From the human T2T-CHM13v2.0 reference genome, Homo sapiens, in assembly GCF_009914755.1 (NCBI RefSeq), contig NC_060948.1: a stretch of DNA of 64,000 nucleotides; one strand, written 5' to 3'. Below the pieces are notes generated by a model, which saw only the letters and a program-made list of their open reading frames with translations, was not told where the DNA came from and did no database searches. This document shows positions 56,370 through 64,000 of the stretch, piece by piece. The translations under genes and the position numbers were made by a program. Each line of letters starts with the position of its first letter. Position 1 is the stretch's first letter.

Positions 56370-57400
56370 TGGGCTGCCCCGTATAAATTAATGAAAAGAT
56401 TAAAGTTTCGCTAAAGGGGACATCGAGTTTATGTGTCATCTCCTGGTGTCTGTGTGCCTGGGATCTGCAATATATCCCAGCCCTTGATGTACTGTTTCTA
56501 TAAAAATAAATTACTTGTAATTTAATTCCACACTATTTCTTTCCGTAGTCTATTACCGACGAGAGCACGTTAGTTCAGCTGCGGAAAATTGGTTGTGGGG
56601 TGTGTGCGGACCCCGAGAACGCCCTAAAATAAAGACAAATCGGGGACAAGCTGGGGGTTATCGATTGCAGGGGTCGCATGAAAATTTAACGACGGTAAAT
56701 AATAATAAAAACAAACATGGGAATGCAATAAAAGACATAATTCTCCATCGCCGCGGGGGGAAAGGATCCTATAGTAAAGGCGAGTGCGCTTTGAGGGGTC
56801 ATAAAAATCAATTAGTTCCAACACCCACGTCCCGCGTTGAGGGGACGGGGACGAGCAGGGACAGAAAAAGAAACCATATTTGAATCCCATCTCTCTGTGA
56901 ATTCTTGGGTCACATGCGTCTCAGTACAGCCCGTCCCGTGCTGTGACCGGATAGAGTTTCAATTTACTGTGGAAATTTGCTGTAAATAAATTGAGCATCC
57001 GATAGAAGCTGTTGCTGATTAACCTTTTATTTTTAGCGTGGCCCTGCAAAGTCGTATCACCCAGCTGTCAGGCTTCTAATCGAAAGTTATGAGACCACGG
57101 TGAGGGGCAGGCGGTAATTTAATTACAACAAATATCTTTGGGTTTATGGCGCAGAGCTAAATTAAATGTCATTATTCACTGTCTGTAATGGAAATCAAAA
57201 GGAAATCGCATTACGGCATTTGGGAAAGAAAGCGGGGAGTGCTCTTTAATGAAGAAATAACTGTCTTAAGCAGTGTCACACACTTCACTTACCATATTCG
57301 GGCCTAATTGGAATGGATCGTGAATCACTCCAAGACTGATTTATTAGCGCTTCACGCAGCGGCTAATTCATCACTTGTATTCTTCATCATTTTTTTTTTT
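56370..57400. promoter_or_regulatory. Candidate intronic developmental enhancer / conserved non-coding element (intron 3)
   Basis: Repeat-free AT-rich block dense in TAAT/ATTA, TTTATGG, TGATTTAT and TGACAG motifs; intronic CNEs are reported for SHOX but conservation cannot be seen here. Confidence 0.55.
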
Positions 57401-58852
57401 CCTCTCGCCGTGTTGAAGGGAGAGTGAATGAGGCTTTCCACGTTTCAGGAGGATTTTCTTTTTTGAAAAATGCCCTTCCAGAGGCTTTTGGGTGGCTGGC
57501 TTGCTTTCTGGGCCCTGGAGGAGACAGGCGGAGAGTCCAGGTGGGCATGGAGAGGCACAGTGGCAGGTCACCTGGATGGTCAGTGGAGGTGGAGGTCTGA
57601 AGGCGCCAGCTTTGGAAATTATTGGTGAATTTCGATGTCAGCACCAGGCAGGGGCCTTTTTGGCGGGGGTGTGAGGGAGGATGACTTTGCTGGGAAACAG
57701 GATCAGGTTCTCCAGGCGCACTGCAGCCCGGTAGGACCCACTTTGGAAATGAAAAGCCAGTTCCGAAAGCTGGGCTGGAAGCTTCCGTGTTGGGTTCAAG
57801 AGCAAGTTCACGTTGCGCTGTGTAGACTCCTGGCTGCTCCCAAACTCTGAGGGTTTTCTGAGGTTCCCTTCATAGGGGCACCGGCCCTGGGCCATGCACA
57901 GTGCGTAAGGGTGGCTGTGGGCCGAGGGACCCAGCACGTGTTTTGCCCACAACAGCCGGAGTGACTGGTTCACTCACCGCCTTGGCGGAGGACGCCTGTT
58001 CTCTGGACGAATCATTTCTCTTGGGTGGTGACTGCCTTGTGGGTCAAGGTGCAGGTTTTCTGCCACAGAAAACCTGTTAGGAGGAATTAAGCGACTAAGA
58101 CTGTCAGGGAGGTGGTGGTGGGGGAGAGGAGGGGGTGGTGTCCAGATTACCAGGCATAGGCTAAACTGCCTGCACTCTCCAGCTGGTCTGTCTGTGGAGG
58201 AGGGGATTGTCAATACTGGGAGAGCAGAGGAGGCTCGTAGGAGGTGAGAGGGGGTGGAATTTGCATGCAAATCTTCACATGAGGCCTGTGTGAATTTCTC
58301 CAGCCTCCTGAGGGTCCCCTGCGCTATTGCACTCAACTTCTTGATAGTTTACCCCAAGACTCAGAAGTCCTTAGAGGGGCAGAATGCCCCCACCACAAAG
58401 CCTGCTATCCTTGGGCGTCCTCAGGACCCTTGGTCATGAATGGGACCCTTTCATGTATGGGGACCCTTGGTAATATGAATGGGACGCCTTCAGCTCCCCA
58501 GGGCTTCCGAGGAGGCCGAGAAGGGCAAAGACACTTCCGAGGAGGCCGAGAAGGGCAAAGACATTTTCTGGGCTTGGTGTGTCAAGAGCTAGATTGGAGA
58601 AGGGGCTGGATTTGGAACTCTTTAGCCATCAGCTCACCCTCTCCGTTTGTGGCTAAAGTCTGAAGGTGGAAACTTCGGTTCTCCTACAGGGTCTACAGGA
58701 GTTGGGGGGCGGGGCGCCCACACAGAACGCTGGAAAGTTCGACAGTCCACTTCCACTGGCTCGGAACTCACTTTTTCACCTTAAGTTCATCAGCGGTAAC
58801 GCATAGGTCTCACTTAGGCAGGGCACGGATGATTTAACAATTTCTACTTCTA

Positions 58853-60106
<1,254 letters not shown>

Positions 60107-60131
60107 TGACACCTGCTCCCTTTGGACACAG

Positions 60132-60220
60132 GCGTCATCTTGGGCACAGCCAACCACCTAGACGCCTGCCGAGTGGCACCCTACGTCAACATGGGAGCCT
60201 TACGGATGCCTTTCCAACAG
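60132..60220 (+). CDS. SHOX: SHOX exon 5 ([30 protein letters not shown])
   Basis: acacag acceptor, CAG/gtagct donor, 89 nt, frame maintained. Confidence 0.98.
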
Positions 60221-60412
60221 GTAGCTCACTTTTTCTTCCTCTGAAGATCCCTAGGGACCTGCTGCTCCCTTCCCCTTTCCCCTATTTGCTGCCGCATCCT
60301 GACACTCCTAGTCCCTCCCTGCCCCTGCAGACTTCTCAGCTGGCCCTTAGAAAAAAAGCCTCTTTTCCGAGGAGGCATTTACAGGCACCTTGGCACCTAT
60401 GAAATCAGGCTG

Positions 60413-60838
<426 letters not shown>

Positions 60839-61139
60839 TCAGGCTGTAAAAATCCACTTTTGGGAAGGTGAACACACACAAGCCCAAACAGAAATCTGAC
60901 AAAAACCAGAGGGGTGAAAAGTCCACACAGTCAGGCACCCCCACCTGGCTTGCTGCCTGGTTAAGAAGGGCGCAGATGCCTGTGCCTGGATACCAGAGAT
61001 GGGACAGACACCCATTCCCTTTTCATCACCACCCCCGAGTGCCCGAGGGCCTGGGGCGTCTGCCTGGCCCCTGGCCCCTGGCTTGGGCTCTGCACCTCTG
61101 AGCTGGAGACACCCTACTCAGCTCCCCACTTACTTTGGA

Positions 61140-61830
61140 GTGAGCAGCGCTTGGGTGCCCAGCGTGGATTTGGGGCTTCCAGGGAGTCGGGGTTCGGTCG
61201 CGGAGCCCAAGCTTCCCAAGGGCGCCCCCGCCCTGCCCTGGCTTAGTGGTGGGGATGGGATGGGGGGAAGCGGGGAGCTGCGTGGAAGGAGGTGAAGGGT
61301 CACAGGAGGAGAGAGCGCAGCGCCCACGTGCGCCCTGCCTGAACGCGCAGCGCAGCGCCCGGCTGCGGTGCCCCTTGCCCCTTCGGTCCCTAATTTGGGG
61401 ATCGGGAGTGCATGCGCGGGCGGAACGGGCTTGGGGGGGGGGCTCTGGCAGGGCGGACGCGTGGCCTCCCTTCTTCACCGTTTTATTCCAAGGGGACAGG
61501 CTGGGGATTGTATTTGGGCGCGTGTTTGGCTGAGGGTGCAGGGACTTGGGGGGTGGCGGTGGGGAGCGCGGAAGGTATAAACGTATAAATCATAAGTAAA
61601 CAACTCAGAAATGGACCCCGAGCGCTGGTCGCCGCTAGCTCTCCAGCTCTCCCTGGCCCAGGCCCGAAGGAGAGGGGTCCGCATCCCTCCGCGGTTCTCC
61701 TCTCCTGGGTACCTGGCCTTGAGGTGGGGGAACGAGCCTACTTCTTGTACCGTCTTTTGCCGACGGCGGGACCCAGTGAAATTAGGCCGTTGGAGCCCGC
61801 AGGCCTGCCTGGCTTTGCGCACCGGAGTCT
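61140..61830. promoter_or_regulatory. Intron 5 CpG island
   Basis: Dense CpG, GC-rich. Confidence 0.65.
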
Positions 61831-63112
61831 TGGGGACCTGGTGTCCCCGGGAAAAACTTGGGGACCTGGTATCCCCGGGAGAGGCTTGGGGACCTGGTGT
61901 CCCGGGAGAGGCTTGGGTACCTGGTTTCTCTGGAAGAGGCTTGGACACCTGGTGTCCTGGGAGGGCCTTTGGGACCTGGTGTCCTGGGAGAGGCTTGGAG
62001 ATCTGTTGTCCTGGGAGAGGCTTGGGGACCTGGTGTCCCTGGAGAGGCTTGGGGACCTGGTGACCTTGGAGAGGCTTGGAGACCTGGTGTTCTGGGAGAG
62101 GCTTGGGGACCTGGTGTTCTGGGAGAGGCTTGGGGACCTGGTGTCTCTGGAAGAGGCTTGGACACCTGGTGACCCGGGAGGGCCTTGGGGATCTGGTGTC
62201 CCGGGAGAGCCTTGGGGACCTGGTGTCCTGGGAGAGGCTTGGGGACCTGGTGACCTTGGAGAGGCTTGGGGACCTGGTGTCCTGAGAGAGCCTTGGGGAT
62301 CTGGTGTCCCAGGAGAGGCTTGGGGACCTGGTGTCTCTGGAAGAGGCTTGGACACCTGGTGTCCTGGGGAGAGGCTTGGGGACCTGGTGTCCTGGGAGAG
62401 GCTTGGGGACCTGGTGTCCTGGGAGAGGCTTGGAGATCTGGTGAGCCGGGAGAGGCTTGGGGACCTGGTGTCCCGGGAGAGGCTTGGGGACTTGGTGTCC
62501 CGGGAGAGGCTTGAACACCTGGTGTCCCAGGAGAGGCTTGGGGACCTGGTGACCTTGGAGAGGCCTGGGGACCTGGTGACCCGGGAGAGCCTTGGGGACC
62601 TGGTGTCCTGGGGAGAGCCTTGGGGACCTGGTGACCTTGGAGAGGCTTGGGGACCTGGTGTCTCGGGAGTGCCTTGGGGACCTAGTGACCCGGGAGAGGC
62701 TTGGGGACCTGGTGTCCCGGGAGAGGCTTGGGGACCTGGTGTCCTGGGAGAGCCTTGGGGATCTGGTGTCCTGGGGAGAGGCTGGGGGACCTGGTGTCTC
62801 GGGAGAGAGCCTTGGGGACCTGGTGACCCGGGAGAGGCTTGGACACCTGGTGTCCCGGGAGAGGCTTGGGGACCTGGTGACCCGGGAGAGCCTTGGGGAC
62901 CTGGTGTCCTGGGGAGAGGCTGGGGGACCTGGTGTCTCGGGAGAGAGCCTTGGGGACCTGGTGACCCGGGAGAGGCTTGGACACCTGGTGTCCCGGGAGA
63001 GGCTTGGGAGCCTGGTGTCCCGGGAGAGCCTTGGGGACCAGGTGACCTTGGAGAGGCTTGGGGACCTGGTGATCTTGGAGAGGCTTGGGGACCTGGTGTC
63101 TCGGGAGAGGTT
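61828..63112. repeat. G-rich ~27-bp minisatellite (gggagaggcttggggacctggtgtccc), ~47 copies, SHOX intron 5
   Basis: Direct inspection. Confidence 0.97.
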
Positions 63113-63467
63113 ACGGGGGCTGGTTGGGGGAGAGAACGTTGTGAGCCAAAGTCCCTGAATCCCTGCGAAGAGAGCGCATCGGGAGCTCCCCCTGAGGGCG
63201 TTCCATTTGTGGACCCCCCTCCCATGCGCTTTGCAGGGAGCTGTTCGGATTCCCCTGGCCCGGCTCCCGCGGATGCATCCAGTGGCAGCGCCAATTCTGG
63301 GCCAGGGGGAAGGAGGAAAGGCGGGTGTGGGGTGGTCTCCACGGCTGGAGAAGGGGCGACGCTCCCTAGGGGAGAAGAGGCACGTTGGGGGTTTCCGGGG
63401 GCGCGGGGCGGAGCAGGCCCCCCAGTCCCCATCCTGCGCCCTCACCCCGCCGGGTCCGCTCCCGCAG

Positions 63468-63713
63468 GTCCAGGCTCAGCTGCAGCTGGAAGGCGTGGCC
63501 CACGCGCACCCGCACCTGCACCCGCACCTGGCGGCGCACGCGCCCTACCTGATGTTCCCCCCGCCGCCCTTCGGGCTGCCCATCGCGTCGCTGGCCGAGT
63601 CCGCCTCGGCCGCCGCCGTGGTCGCCGCCGCCGCCAAAAGCAACAGCAAGAATTCCAGCATCGCCGACCTGCGGCTCAAGGCGCGGAAGCACGCGGAGGC
63701 CCTGGGGCTCTGA
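63468..63713 (+). CDS. SHOX: SHOX exon 6a coding part with OAR domain ([14 protein letters not shown]); completes 292-aa SHOXa
   Basis: cccgcag acceptor; TGA 63711-63713; exon lengths 277+209+58+89+246=879 nt. Confidence 0.99.
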   Translation, partial: VQAQLQLEGVAHAHPHLHPHLAAHAPYLMFPPPPFGLPIASLAESASAAAVVAAAAKSNSKNSSIADLRLKARKHAEALGL

Positions 63714-64000
63714 CCCGCCGCGCAGCCCCCCGCGCGCCCGGACTCCCGGGCTCCGCGCACCCCGCCTGCACCGCGCGTCCTGCACTCAACCCCGCCTGGA
63801 GCTCCTTCCGCGGCCACCGTGCTCCGGGCACCCCGGGAGCTCCTGCAAGAGGCCTGAGGAGGGAGGCTCCCGGGACCGTCCACGCACGACCCAGCCAGAC
63901 CCTCGCGGAGATGGTGCAGAAGGCGGAGCGGGTGAGCGGCCGTGCGTCCAGCCCGGGCCTCTCCAAGGCTGCCCGTGCGTCCTGGGACCCTGGAGAAGGG
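63714..64000 (+). other. SHOX: SHOXa 3' UTR (continues past window)
   Basis: Follows stop codon in terminal exon; no polyA signal before window end. Confidence 0.9.

Noticed and set aside
61475-63445. 564- and 656-aa collagen-like/proline-rich antisense ORFs
   Set aside because: Consequence of a 27-bp (9-codon) minisatellite

Overview
Human pseudoautosomal region 1 (Xp22.33/Yp11.3) containing the SHOX (short stature homeobox) gene on the + strand plus about 44 kb of upstream DNA. Non-coding exon 1 (~44003-44262), exon 2 (49768-50476, ATG 50200), exon 3 (53920-54128), exon 4 (59954-60011), exon 5 (60132-60220) and exon 6a (63468 to window end, TGA ends 63713) splice via GT-AG into an intact 879-nt ORF (SHOXa, 292 aa, paired-like homeodomain + OAR). 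The rest is Alu, MaLR/ERV1 LTRs, L1/L2 fragments, CpG islands and many tandem repeats; almost all other ORFs in the track are repeat artefacts. I find no new protein-coding system. The unusual signal is repeat remodelling: the same TAAT->TCAT change recurs in about 20 Alu arms, an HERV-H LTR7 is expanded by a ~2 kb KLF/SOX-motif minisatellite, an Alu+LTR unit is amplified with higher-order structure, and there is a nested AT-rich palindrome, an inverted templated insertion and an orphan retrocopy. Repeat family names are from recalled consensus sequences and repeat boundaries are approximate.
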